Source: an uncultured bacterium | GTDB lineage: Bacteria; Chloroflexota; Dormibacteria; Aeolococcales; Aeolococcaceae | DNA: 64,000 nt | Reading direction: 5' to 3' | NCBI GenBank assembly: GCA_963847225.1 | Contig: CAWJYZ010000002.1 | Coordinates: forward strand, 269,007-333,006 | Shown here: positions 1-9,709 of the stretch, one piece after another | Layout: every line of letters begins with the position of its first letter | Numbering within the stretch: position 1 is the stretch's first letter | Position numbers and translations under genes: made by a program | Notes under the pieces: generated by a model | The model's input: the letters and a program-made list of their open reading frames with translations, nothing else | Told to the model about the DNA's origin: nothing | The model's database searches: none

Positions 1-1095
1 CCCGAGGCCCACGCCCCGGGTGTCGTCCGCGCCTTCCTTGACGGGCTCCTTCCCGAGGGTCAGGCGCGCCTCGCCGCCGCCAACCGGGTCGACGTGAGGG
101 CCAGCGACACCGTCGCGCTGATCCGGGCTCTCGGCCGCGACTGCGCCGGAGCTGTCGTCATCCAGCCGGCGGCGGATGCCCCTCCATCGCCGCCGTCGAC
201 CCTGCGGGCAACGCGCCTGACGGACGAGGGTATCGAGGAGCTCGTCGCCAACCTGCGCACCGCACCGCTGGGAATCGACGAGAGGGTCAGGGTCTCCCTT
301 GGCGGCGTTCAGGAGAAGCTCCTGCTCACCCGGTTGCCGGACGGCGCCTGGGGCAGCCCCGTCGACGGGTCGCCGTCGACCCACATCGTCAAGCCGGAGA
401 TAGCGCGATTTCCAGCGACGGTGGAGAACGAAGCCTTCTGCATGCGGCTGGCAGGCCATCTCGGCCTGCCCGTTGCCCGCGTCGTAACGACGGTCATCCG
501 AGGTCGCACCCTGCTCGTCGTCGAGCGGTTCGACCGCATCGTCCACGACGACGGGAGTGTCGACCGCATCCATCAGGAGGACTTCTGCCAGGCGACAGCG
601 ACACCGCCAGCGAAGAAGTACGAAGAGGACGGCGGCCCGTCGCTGCGCAGAGTTGCCGACATCCTCGCCTCTGCAGCGTCACCCGGGGCCCTGAAGACCC
701 TGCTGCAGGCGACGGTCTGCAACGTGCTGCTCGGCAACGGCGACGCTCATGGAAAGAACCTCTCCCTCCTCCACCACGCGTCGGGGCGGCTCGAGCTGAG
801 CCCTCTGTACGACCTCCTCTCGACTCTCCACTACCGCCAGGACCGCCTCGCGATGCGGATCGACACCGCCCAGCGCCTCGAACGGGTGACCACCGAACGA
901 CTGGTCAACGAAGCGGTGCGATGGGGACTGCCGCACGAAGTTGCACGCGAGATCATCGATAACGTCCTCGACCATGCCGATGCCGCCGTCGCCGCAGCGC
1001 GCGATGAGACCGATGGATTGCCCCCCGAAGTGCCCGCGATCGTCACTGCGCAGCTGGCTCGGCTGCGCCGCCATGACGCGCCGGCGACGGGCTAG
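1..1095 (+). CDS. hipA: HipA-family serine/threonine kinase toxin; 5' end lies outside the window
   Basis: The reading frame is open from base 1 (PEAHAPGVVRAFLDGLLPEGQ...). HipA motifs are present: LGGVQEKLLL, GNGDAHGKNLSLL, SPLYDL. A stop codon sits at 1093-1095. Confidence 0.8.
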   Translation, partial: PEAHAPGVVRAFLDGLLPEGQARLAAANRVDVRASDTVALIRALGRDCAGAVVIQPAADAPPSPPSTLRATRLTDEGIEELVANLRTAPLGIDERVRVSLGGVQEKLLLTRLPDGAWGSPVDGSPSTHIVKPEIARFPATVENEAFCMRLAGHLGLPVARVVTTVIRGRTLLVVERFDRIVHDDGSVDRIHQEDFCQATATPPAKKYEEDGGPSLRRVADILASAASPGALKTLLQATVCNVLLGNGDAHGKNLSLLHHASGRLELSPLYDLLSTLHYRQDRLAMRIDTAQRLERVTTERLVNEAVRWGLPHEVAREIIDNVLDHADAAVAAARDETDGLPPEVPAIVTAQLARLRRHDAPATG

Positions 1096-1466
1096 TAGAC
1101 CAAGGCTCTGCTGCCTCTATGCTTGGTGGTGCAGCAATGATCTTTCGACCTTCTTCGCTGCACCTGATCTGCTCTTCAAGACTTTCGCAGGCGGTGCACC
1201 CTCTGATGATCTGCAGCCATGGCCACGCGGCTATGCAGCTCGTCAGCAGGCGATCGGAAGCATCACCCGAGAGACGGGAGCGGACCAAGCCTGGCTAGGA
1301 GCGGACGAGGGCAACGAGCCGCCCAAGCCCTGCACCGCAAGCTCGGGCCCAAGGAGGCCGACCTGGGAGTGATCGACAACTACAGGCTCCGAGGGACGCG
1401 AGGGGGATCACGCGATCGCGTTCTCCCATCTCGCCTCTGCTCTTGCCAGCGGCTACAGGGTGGACC

Positions 1467-1832
1467 TCAGGACCTTTGAGCGTCGACCTGGAGCGCCGCG
1501 GCCTTCTTCTCGATCGCGGCGGCCAGCGAATCCGCAGGCAATGGACCATCGAAGTGAAATTGAAGCGTGCTCCGATGCTCGAGGAAACGGGCGAGCTCCT
1601 CGGGAACACCAGCGTCAGCGTGGACGAGTCCATAGACGCCAACGTGTTTCCTGGCTGCCGCGAAGTGGAGCAGACGCTGACCCGCGTATTCGTAGGCGGG
1701 CATCCCGTAGCTGATCTTTTCCCTCACTCCCGGGACCGAACTCAGAACGATGCGGCGGACTTCCCGAAGCGCCGGCTGGGCCGCTTCGGGCGCCGCTCGG
1801 ATGTAAGCGTCGACATTCGCAGGCTTGTCCAT
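1467..1832 (-). CDS. DUF1801 (YdhG-like) domain protein
   Basis: 121 aa. Family-typical N-terminus (MDKPANVDAYI...) and the GMPAYEY..QRLLHF motif. Confidence 0.65.
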   Translation of the reverse strand: MDKPANVDAYIRAAPEAAQPALREVRRIVLSSVPGVREKISYGMPAYEYAGQRLLHFAAARKHVGVYGLVHADAGVPEELARFLEHRSTLQFHFDGPLPADSLAAAIEKKAAALQVDAQRS

Positions 1833-2149
1833 CTCACCTCCTGCCTCACGGCACCACGGTGTGCCGGGTACCGATCACTGCGACGCGTTAGGCGGATCAC
1901 CCGGAATTACCGAGCTCCTCGATCACCGCCGGATGCGACGGCTGCGGGTCGCCGTGGCCCGCTCGACTGCAACCCCATGACGCCTCACGCTAAGCGCGAG
2001 CAGATCAAGGCTGAGGCAAGTCCGCATCAGCACCGGTGGAGAACACTCATCCTCTCCAGCTATCAAGGATAGCAAACACCCGGGTCTTGCAGGAAGACCC
2101 CTGGCCTGCCCTACGATCCCCACACCGTGACGCTTGGAGGTGCGCGCTG

Positions 2150-4744
2150 ATGGGCCGCTACGTGCTGGATTTCGAGGACATCGACCGGACACAGGTCGCG
2201 GTCGTTGGCGGCAAGGGCGCCCACCTGGGGGAGCTTTCGCGGATCGAAGGTGTCCGCGTGCCGGCTGGCTTTTGCGTGACGACGGACGCCTTCCAGCGGA
2301 TCATGGCGGAAGCGCCGTCGATCGACGATCGGCTCGATCGGCTGTCGCGCCTCAGGTCGGACGACCGGGAAACGATCCACGCTCGCAGCGCGGAGGTCCG
2401 CCAAGCCCTCGCAGGGATCGTCATCCCCGAGGATCTGAGGGCAGAGATCATCCGACCGCTGGCCCGGCTCGGCGGCCAAGCCGCCTACGCCGTTCGATCC
2501 AGCGCGACGGCCGAGGACTTGCCGACCGCCTCCTTCGCAGGCCAGCACGACACGTATCTGAACGTTGTTGGGCCGGCGGCAGTCCTCCAGCACGTCAGCC
2601 GCTGCTGGGCCTCGCTCTTCACCGAACGGGCCATCGCCTACCGGCTGCGGAACGACGTCGACCACCGCAAGGTCAGCATGGCCGTGGTCGTGCAGCGCAT
2701 GGTCTTCCCGCGGGCGGCGGGCATCCTGTTCACCGCCGACCCCGTCACCTCGAACCGGAAGGTCGCTTCCATCGAGGCCACCTTCGGCCTGGGCGAACTC
2801 CTCGTCTCCGGCCTGGTCAGGGCGGACGTCTACAAGGTGCGTGGCGCCGAGATCGTTGCCAAGGTGATCGCCATCAAAGAGCTCGCCAGCCGGGCCTCGC
2901 CCGCTGGAGGGACGGAAGAATATGCGATCGCGCCCCAGCGGCGGGAGCGGGCCGTGCTAGGGGACGCGCAGGCTGTGCAGCTCGCGCATATGGGTCGGCG
3001 GATCGAGGCATACTTCGGCCACGCCCAGGACATCGAGTGGTGCCTCCTCGACGCCGGGTTCGCGATAGTCCAGAGCCGTCCGATCACCACGCTGTTCCCC
3101 ATCCCAGCGGCCAGCGATCAGGGGAACCACGTCTACGTCTCGGTCGGCCATCAGCAGATGATGACCGATCCCTTCAAGCCTCTGGGGCTCTCCTTTTGGC
3201 AGCTGACGGCCGCGCGGCCCATGTACGAGGCCGGCGGGAGGCTGTTCGTCGACGTCACCCGAGAGTTGGGGGCGCCAGCCAGTCGCGCCGGCCTCCTCAA
3301 AGCCCTGGGGAGGTCCGATCCGCTGATCGGGGATGCGCTGCAGACCATCGTGGAACGCGGCGACTTCATCCCGTCGCTCCCGGACGAGGGTCCTAGTGGG
3401 CCACCGACAGGCGGCGCGCAGGCACCGATCGAGACCGATCCGGCCATCGTCACCGATCTGATCGGACGCAACCAGGAATCCATCGCCGCCTTGAAGCGCG
3501 ACATCCGGACGAAATCCGGATCGGCGCTGCTCGACTTCATCCTGGCTGACATTCAGGAGCTGAGACGGATCCTGTTCGACCCCAAGAGCCATCAGGTGTT
3601 CATGTCGGCGATGGAGGCGACGTGGTGGCTCAACGAGCAGCTGGAGACGTGGCTCGGCCAGAGGAACGCGGCCGACACGCTCACGCAGTCCGTGCCCCAC
3701 AACGTCACGTCGCAAATGGGCCTGGCACTCCTCGAGATCGCGGATGTGATCCGCCCGCATCCGGAGGTGGTGGCTTTTCTGCAACAGGTCGAGGACGAGG
3801 GTTTCCTGGACGAGCTGGACAAGCTCAGGGGCGGGCGGGAAGCACGGGACGCCATCCGGGCCTTCCTCGACAAGTACGGTATGCGCTGCGTCGGCGAGAT
3901 GGACATCACGAGGCCGCGGTGGAGCGAACGCCCGACCACCCTCGTGCCCCTGGTCCTCGGCAACATCAAGAACTTCCAGTCGGGCGCCGGAGAGCAGCGC
4001 TTCGAGCAGGGGCGACAGGAGGCCTGGACGAAGGAAAAAGAGCTGCTGGAGCGCCTGCGAGCCTTGCCGGACGGAGCCCAGAAGGCCCAAGAGACCAAGC
4101 GGAAGATCGACCGCGTCCGGGCCTTCATCGGGTACCGCGAGTATCCAAAGTACGGCATGGTCAACCGCTACTTCGTTTACAAGGAGGCCCTGCTGGAAGA
4201 GGCCGGGCGCCTCGTGGAGACCCATGTGCTTCGTGAGAAGGACGACATCTTCTACCTCACTTTCCAGGAGCTCCACGACGTCGTGCGCACGAACCAGGTG
4301 GGTGAGCAGCTCATCCGTCAGCGTAAGGCCGCCTTCAGGTCGTACCAAGCGCTGACGCCGCCCCGGGTGCTCACGTCGGATGGCGAGGTGATCACGGGGA
4401 CATACCGGCGCGACGATGTTCCACCGGGCGCGCTGGTCGGCTTACCGGTTTGTGCCGGGACCATCGAGGGGCGGGCTCGCGTCATCCTCGACATCGCCGC
4501 GGCCGATCTCGAAGCGGGCGACATCCTGGTCACCACCTACACGGATCCCAGTTGGACCCCTGCCTTCCTGGCGGTTGCGGGCTTGGTGACGGAGGTGGGG
4601 GGTCTGATGACCCATGGGGCGGTGATCGCCCGCGAGTACGGCTTGCCGGCTGTTGTGGGAGTGGAGAATGCCACCCGGCTGATCGCGGATCGGCAGCGGA
4701 TCCGCGTGCACGGGGCGGACGGATACGTCGAGATCCTACCCTAG
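2150..4744 (+). CDS. PEP-utilising enzyme of the rifampicin-phosphotransferase / PEP-synthase-like family
   Basis: ATG at 2150 gives MGRYVLDFEDID..VVGGKGAHLGEL, a pyruvate-phosphate-dikinase PEP-binding N-domain. The C-terminal mobile domain GGLMTHGAVIAREYGLPAVVGV is present. About 864 aa, the size of Rph-type enzymes. The ORF-track start at 2036 is an upstream alternative codon. Confidence 0.8.
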   Translation: MGRYVLDFEDIDRTQVAVVGGKGAHLGELSRIEGVRVPAGFCVTTDAFQRIMAEAPSIDDRLDRLSRLRSDDRETIHARSAEVRQALAGIVIPEDLRAEIIRPLARLGGQAAYAVRSSATAEDLPTASFAGQHDTYLNVVGPAAVLQHVSRCWASLFTERAIAYRLRNDVDHRKVSMAVVVQRMVFPRAAGILFTADPVTSNRKVASIEATFGLGELLVSGLVRADVYKVRGAEIVAKVIAIKELASRASPAGGTEEYAIAPQRRERAVLGDAQAVQLAHMGRRIEAYFGHAQDIEWCLLDAGFAIVQSRPITTLFPIPAASDQGNHVYVSVGHQQMMTDPFKPLGLSFWQLTAARPMYEAGGRLFVDVTRELGAPASRAGLLKALGRSDPLIGDALQTIVERGDFIPSLPDEGPSGPPTGGAQAPIETDPAIVTDLIGRNQESIAALKRDIRTKSGSALLDFILADIQELRRILFDPKSHQVFMSAMEATWWLNEQLETWLGQRNAADTLTQSVPHNVTSQMGLALLEIADVIRPHPEVVAFLQQVEDEGFLDELDKLRGGREARDAIRAFLDKYGMRCVGEMDITRPRWSERPTTLVPLVLGNIKNFQSGAGEQRFEQGRQEAWTKEKELLERLRALPDGAQKAQETKRKIDRVRAFIGYREYPKYGMVNRYFVYKEALLEEAGRLVETHVLREKDDIFYLTFQELHDVVRTNQVGEQLIRQRKAAFRSYQALTPPRVLTSDGEVITGTYRRDDVPPGALVGLPVCAGTIEGRARVILDIAAADLEAGDILVTTYTDPSWTPAFLAVAGLVTEVGGLMTHGAVIAREYGLPAVVGVENATRLIADRQRIRVHGADGYVEILP

Positions 4745-4900
4745 GCCGGCCCGGGTGAGCGCTCGCCGGGCGGCGAGTGGCCAAGGCTGCGATGGCGCGG
4801 CCCTGACTTCGGCGCAGATGCCCTCAGATCCACCGCGATGACCTGGAGCCAGCCAGCCGGTCTGTAACCCTAGGTTCCAACCGATTTGGAGGCGGTCACC

Positions 4901-5494
4901 ATGCGAGTCGTCATCAGTGAGTTCATCAGCCTCGACGGAGTTGTGCAGGCCCCCGGCGGTCCTCAGGAGGACAGCAGCGGAGGCTTCCGCCACGGCGGCT
5001 GGTCGCTCCCCTTCTTCGATCCCGAGGTGATGGGAGAGGCCATCAGCACATTCGCGGAACGGAGCGACGCCCTGCTCCAGGGCCGGCGGACCTACGAAGT
5101 GTCGTCGGCTGCATGGCCGAGCCGCTCCGGCGACCCCTTCGCCGACTGGATCAACGCTGCCCAGAAATACGTCGTGTCCGACTCGCTCTCCGAGGCCGCC
5201 CTCACATGGATGCCGACGACGATCATCCGCAACGCTGATCTCGTCAGGGAGGTCTCCGATCTGCGCCGCAAGGAGGGTGGCGACATCTATGTCTACGGCA
5301 GCCTGTCAGTGGTCCGAGCACTGCTGGCCGCCGACCTGGTCGACGAGCTGGTCCTGATGATCGAGCCGGTGACCCTGGGCGGCGGCAAGACCCTCTTTCC
5401 CACCGATGGTGAGCTGCGCAACTTCGAGCTCATCTCGGCCAGGACGGCGGCCACCGGTGTGCAGCTCTGCCGTTACCGACCCGCCAGTGGCTGA
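4901..5494 (+). CDS. Dihydrofolate-reductase-like protein (RibD C-terminal domain family)
   Basis: ATG at 4901 (MRVVISEFISLDGVVQAPGG) lies 8 nt after a GGAGG. Family motifs YVYGS and LVDELVLMIEPV are present. Confidence 0.75.
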   Translation: MRVVISEFISLDGVVQAPGGPQEDSSGGFRHGGWSLPFFDPEVMGEAISTFAERSDALLQGRRTYEVSSAAWPSRSGDPFADWINAAQKYVVSDSLSEAALTWMPTTIIRNADLVREVSDLRRKEGGDIYVYGSLSVVRALLAADLVDELVLMIEPVTLGGGKTLFPTDGELRNFELISARTAATGVQLCRYRPASG

Positions 5495-5501
5495 TCTGCC
5501 A

Positions 5502-5942
5502 TCAAGCGTCTTCCCCGGCCCTGTCCCGCCCCTCACCGCTACCGAGCCCCTGCAGCTCGTAGTCGAGCCAGTAGGAGTGCGTGCCGTCGGGAGCGACGGT
5601 GATCTGCCCCTGGCCGCGCAGGCCGGCGAGCTCTCCGGTGCCGCTTGTCTCCACGATCTCCCAGCGCATCCAGGGGGTGCCCGCCGTGGACCCGGCGCTG
5701 TGCATGAGCACGAAGCTGCCCCGGCGTCCGTGGAGAACGCCGTCCACACGCTCGACGCCCACGTAGGCGGCCGGAAGGGTGGTGTGGACGGTGAGGATCT
5801 CGGTCTCGCTGGTGCCCACCAGCCCTCCCCGGAAGGTCTTGCTGACGCTGGCACGAGCAACCCGGATCCCCTCGGCGGTGTGGTGGGGCGGCTCAGCTCG
5901 GAACACGACGTCGAACGCGCCCTCGGCCCGGGTCATGCCCAC
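5502..5942 (-). CDS. DUF3224 domain protein
   Basis: 146 aa. Family-like segments FDVVFRAEP...GTSETEILTVHT and GSFVLMHSAG...GTHSYWLDYEL. Confidence 0.55.
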   Translation of the reverse strand: MGMTRAEGAFDVVFRAEPPHHTAEGIRVARASVSKTFRGGLVGTSETEILTVHTTLPAAYVGVERVDGVLHGRRGSFVLMHSAGSTAGTPWMRWEIVETSGTGELAGLRGQGQITVAPDGTHSYWLDYELQGLGSGEGRDRAGEDA

Positions 5943-5961
5943 CTCCTGGCCTCACCGGACA

Positions 5962-6321
5962 TCACCTCTTGCGGGCCCTGCCGCCTTGGAAGAGCTGGTG
6001 CCAGCTTCCCTCCGACACCTCCACGTCGTGCTTGCGCGCGGCAGCTCTGATGCGACGCCAAGCTTCATCGCGCTCTCGGTCGCTGACGCCCTCCACCTGA
6101 TCGAAGCGAGCGATCGCGTTGCGCACGTGACGCGCATCGGTGAGCGGCTCCTTTCGTTCGCGGGGAAAGGCGAACTCCGACGCGGACAGACGGTTCTCCT
6201 GGTGCGTGCTCAATCCCGGCCGCTGCTTCGGGATGCGCTCTCCGTGAGCCCTGGCGCTCTGCACCTCGCGGGCTCTCTCGAGGTTGCGGCGCGCTGCCGC
6301 CTTCTGCTTCTCCGTGGCCAT
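5962..6321 (-). CDS. Hypothetical conserved small basic protein
   Basis: Clean 119 aa ORF (MATEKQKAAARRNLERAREVQ...). No recognisable catalytic motif. Confidence 0.45.
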   Translation of the reverse strand: MATEKQKAAARRNLERAREVQSARAHGERIPKQRPGLSTHQENRLSASEFAFPRERKEPLTDARHVRNAIARFDQVEGVSDRERDEAWRRIRAAARKHDVEVSEGSWHQLFQGGRARKR

Positions 6322-6633
6322 TTCAGCTCTCCCTGAGGCTCAACCCATCGATCCACCGCCGTTCCAAGCCGGCGGGCGGTCGCCCCTCCCAAGCGACGAT
6401 GCGCGGAGTGCGGTGGTAGCACCGTGCCATCCTTTCTGCTTTGAGCGCCTGTGGAACCCTCCTGATCGACCTCCGCAGGACGCCCTAGCCCCACCAGTCT
6501 ACTCATATCATCGTACATGCGGAATATCAGCTCCCACCCCCGAGGCGGCCCCCTGAGGGCGCACCGGCCGGGGCGGCGCGACCTCGATCAGGATCCGCCT
6601 CCATCGGCGCGCGCGCTCGCCCACGGGGATCCG

Positions 6634-7347
6634 ATGTCGCTGGTGTGGAAGAACGAGGATGCGCTCACCTTCGAAGTCGGCGCAGGAGCCGGCCGCCGCT
6701 TCGTCAAGTGGGCGCCTCCATCGTCCTCGCTGGACCTCGCCGCGGAGTGCGAGCGCATGCGCTGGGCGTTCGCCTATGCCCGCGTGCCCCGGGTTCTGGG
6801 CTGCGGGCAAGACGCCGACGGAGCGTGGCTGATCACCGCCCCCCTCGGCGGCGAGAATGCGGTGAGCCCGCGGTGGAGGGCAGACCCGGTCCGGGCCGTC
6901 ACCGCCATCGGAATGGGTCTGCGCCTGCTCCACGAAAGCCTCCCGGTCGCGGAGTGCCCTTTCTCATGGTCAGCTGAGGAGCGCGTCACCAGGCTTCAGG
7001 CTGGCGTCAGCGACCCGGCGCAGTGGGAAGAGGTCCACCGTCACCTGTCGCCGGACGAGGCTCTCCGCCGCGTCGCTGTTCCGGCGCCCGTCGACCGGCT
7101 CGTCGTGTGTCACGGCGACGCCTGCTCGCCCAACACCGTCATCGCCGCCTCGGGCGAATTCGCCGGGCACGTCGACCTCGCCTTGCTGGGTGTCGCCGAC
7201 CGCTGGGCCGATCTCGCCATCGCCACCTTGGCGACGACCTGGAACTACGGGCCGGGGTTCGGGGAGCAACTCCTCGACGCCTACGGGATCGAGCCCGATG
7301 AGGAGCGCACCCGCTACTACCGGCTTCTCTGGGATCTGGAGCCCTGA
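6634..7347 (+). CDS. Aminoglycoside 3'-phosphotransferase-like kinase (APH family)
   Basis: ATG at 6634 (MSLVWKNEDALTFEV). APH signature motifs VCHGDACSPN and ADRWADLAIA are present. The ORF-track start at 6517 is an upstream alternative codon. Confidence 0.75.
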   Translation: MSLVWKNEDALTFEVGAGAGRRFVKWAPPSSSLDLAAECERMRWAFAYARVPRVLGCGQDADGAWLITAPLGGENAVSPRWRADPVRAVTAIGMGLRLLHESLPVAECPFSWSAEERVTRLQAGVSDPAQWEEVHRHLSPDEALRRVAVPAPVDRLVVCHGDACSPNTVIAASGEFAGHVDLALLGVADRWADLAIATLATTWNYGPGFGEQLLDAYGIEPDEERTRYYRLLWDLEP

Positions 7348-7502
7348 GAAGGCCTCAGACTGCGCCACGGTGTGGGATTTGGAGGGCCAGCCAGCCCCTG
7401 CCTTGAGCGTCACGGGTCGACCGGCTCGTCGGCGAGGCGGGCGCCACCCGACGGCGCCTACCATCGCGACGCGGTCACTGGCCAACACCCCAGGAGGCGG
7501 AT

Positions 7503-7808
7503 GTGGAAGCTGACGAGCGACTGGGCACGCGGCTCATGCTGCAGAATGAATCAATCCGGGTATGGGAACATGAGGTTCCCGCCGGGACCACGGGCCACCT
7601 GCACAGGCACGTGCGCCCCTATGTCTCCGTCGCCGTGCGAGGTCAGCGGGGGGAGACCCTGGGTGGCCACGGCGAGGTCCTCGAGCACTTCGACCTGCAG
7701 CCCGGGACAGCCTTCTGGTACGGAGCTCAGCATCTCCCGGAGACCCACGCCCTCAGGAACAGCGGCGGCGAAGGCGTCCTCATCGTGACCATCGAGCTGC
7801 TCCGCTGA
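7503..7808 (+). CDS. Cupin domain protein
   Basis: 101 aa with a cupin-like His motif (GHLHRH...). An AGGAGG precedes the start. Confidence 0.6.
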   Translation: MEADERLGTRLMLQNESIRVWEHEVPAGTTGHLHRHVRPYVSVAVRGQRGETLGGHGEVLEHFDLQPGTAFWYGAQHLPETHALRNSGGEGVLIVTIELLR

Positions 7809-7852
7809 CATGGGTTGACGGCGGTCGAACGAGGCCCCTACGCTGCATCTCC

Positions 7853-8470
7853 GTGGCCGAGGCAGAGAGTCCCACCGACGCGCTGACGCCCCTTCAGCGA
7901 GCCCTCGACCAGACTCAGGCCGTCATCGCCGCGATCGACCCGGATCAGGCTGAGCTCCCCACCCCGTGCGGTGAGTGGAACGTGCGTGAGCTCGTCGCCC
8001 ACCTGGCACCCCGAGGCCTGCGCAACTTCACGGTCTCGGCCCAGGGCGAGATGCCCGACTGGCGGGCTCCCGCCGGCGAGCCGGGGGAGGACTGGGCGGC
8101 CACCTTCGCCACGGGCGCACGGACGCTGATGGAGACCTGGAAGCAGGCTGACCTCAACCGGCCGGTGCCCCGGCCGGGTGGCGGGGAGGCCCCTTTGCGC
8201 AGCCGCCTCGACCAGCAGATCGCCGAGCTCGCCATCCATGGGTGGGACCTTGCCCGCGCCACCGGCCAGTCTCTCGACCGCCTCGACCCCGGCCTCGCGG
8301 AGCGCGCGCTTGCCTGGGCACAGCGAACGCTCCGGCCGGAGCACCGCGGCCCGGGGAGGGCCTTCGCAGTGGAGGTGCTGGTGGAGGCGAACGCCACCAT
8401 CGAGGACCGCCTCGCCGGCTGGTTCGGGCGCGATCCGCACTGGACCCCCGGCCCCGTTCCGCGAGCGTGA
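7853..8470 (+). CDS. TIGR03086-type metal-binding protein (DinB_2 / mycothiol-dependent maleylpyruvate isomerase N-terminal-like)
   Basis: 205 aa. Family-like ELVAHLA helix motif and WDLARATGQ. Confidence 0.6.
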   Translation: MAEAESPTDALTPLQRALDQTQAVIAAIDPDQAELPTPCGEWNVRELVAHLAPRGLRNFTVSAQGEMPDWRAPAGEPGEDWAATFATGARTLMETWKQADLNRPVPRPGGGEAPLRSRLDQQIAELAIHGWDLARATGQSLDRLDPGLAERALAWAQRTLRPEHRGPGRAFAVEVLVEANATIEDRLAGWFGRDPHWTPGPVPRA

Positions 8471-8478
8471 GGTGAGGC

Positions 8479-8769
8479 ATGTACCACCTGCTGATCTATG
8501 ACCTCGTCGACGACTACCTGGACCGCCGTCCGGCCTTCCGTGAGGAGCATCTCGAGCTGGCGCGCCAGGCCCACGAGCAAGGTGAGCTCCTCCTCGCCGG
8601 CGCGCTCGACGACCCGGCCGACATGGCGCTGCTGGTCTTCCGAGGGGAGGGGCCGGAGCCGGCGCGAAGCTTCGCGGAAGGCGATCCCTACGTTCGGGCC
8701 GGGCTGGTGAAGGGCTGGCGGGTCCGGCCCTGGAAGGTGGCCATCGGCGCAACACCGGAGGCGCGGTGA
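8479..8769 (+). CDS. YciI-like protein
   Basis: 96 aa (MYHLLIYDLVDDYLDRRPAFREEHLELA...GDPY). Confidence 0.7.
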   Translation: MYHLLIYDLVDDYLDRRPAFREEHLELARQAHEQGELLLAGALDDPADMALLVFRGEGPEPARSFAEGDPYVRAGLVKGWRVRPWKVAIGATPEAR

Positions 8770-9668
8770 ACGCAGAGGGGGAGGGCGTCGAGACCTCGAC
8801 GCTCCGGGTCCCGGTACGCGGAGGCGAGCTCCTCGTGACCCGGTTCGGGTCAGGGGCCCGCACGGCAGTGGGAATTCACGGGATCACCGCAAACTCGATG
8901 TCCCTCCGCGCCGTGGCGCGGCAGCTGGGAGCGGAGTTCACCCTCATCGCACCCGACCTACGTGGTCGCTGCGGATCCGTCCAGCTGCCGGCACCCTTCG
9001 GCATGCGCTCCCATGCTGCCGACTGCGCGGCCGTCCTCCGCGCTCTCCAGATCGGCCCCGTCACGGTTCTCGGTGAGTCGATGGGCGCCTACGTGGGGGT
9101 CGTTCTCGCCGCCGAGCATCCCGAGCTCGTGCACCGCCTCGTGCTCGCCGACGGTGGGCTGCCGCTGCCCCTCCCCCCGAGCCTGACGTCCATCAGCGAT
9201 CCTGACCTGCTGACCGAGAGACTATTGGGCCCCGCGATCGCTCGGCTCAGGATGGTCTTTGCCTCACCGAGTGCGTACATGGACTTCTGGCGGCAGCACC
9301 CCGCCTTCGCGGAGGAGTGGAGCGCAGACATCGAAGCGTACTTCGCGTATGACCTCGAACCGTGCGAGGGTGGCTTCCGGAGCCGCGTCAACGAGGCGGC
9401 GGTGCGCGCTGACGGTGCTGAACACCTGACCGATCCGGAGCTGTTTCGCGACGCCTTGGGGAAGATCGCCTGCCCCATCATCCTCGTCAGGGCGCCCCGA
9501 AACCTCATGAACCAGCAACTTCCGCTCCTCAGCGAGGCCGTCGTGGACGAGTGGAGCGCGAAGCTCGGGAATCTCAGCGCAGAGATGGTCGACGACGTCA
9601 ACCACTACACGCTCATGATGGGGGCGCGTGGGGCGAGCGTCCTCGCCACTCGCGTGGCGGGGCGTTGA
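8766..9668 (+). CDS. Alpha/beta-fold hydrolase
   Basis: GESMGAYVG nucleophile elbow and an HGITANS oxyanion region. The ATGA overlap with the YciI stop suggests translational coupling. Confidence 0.75.
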   Translation: MNAEGEGVETSTLRVPVRGGELLVTRFGSGARTAVGIHGITANSMSLRAVARQLGAEFTLIAPDLRGRCGSVQLPAPFGMRSHAADCAAVLRALQIGPVTVLGESMGAYVGVVLAAEHPELVHRLVLADGGLPLPLPPSLTSISDPDLLTERLLGPAIARLRMVFASPSAYMDFWRQHPAFAEEWSADIEAYFAYDLEPCEGGFRSRVNEAAVRADGAEHLTDPELFRDALGKIACPIILVRAPRNLMNQQLPLLSEAVVDEWSAKLGNLSAEMVDDVNHYTLMMGARGASVLATRVAGR

Positions 9669-9709
9669 TCAGCACCCCTCCGGGGTTGCTGCGCCCGGCC
9701 TGAGGTGGG

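Noticed and set aside
2957-4348. 463-aa ORF on the minus strand
   Set aside because: It is entirely antisense to the PEP-utilising enzyme gene. It has the Arg/Ala/Gly-rich composition typical of the non-coding frame in high-GC DNA.
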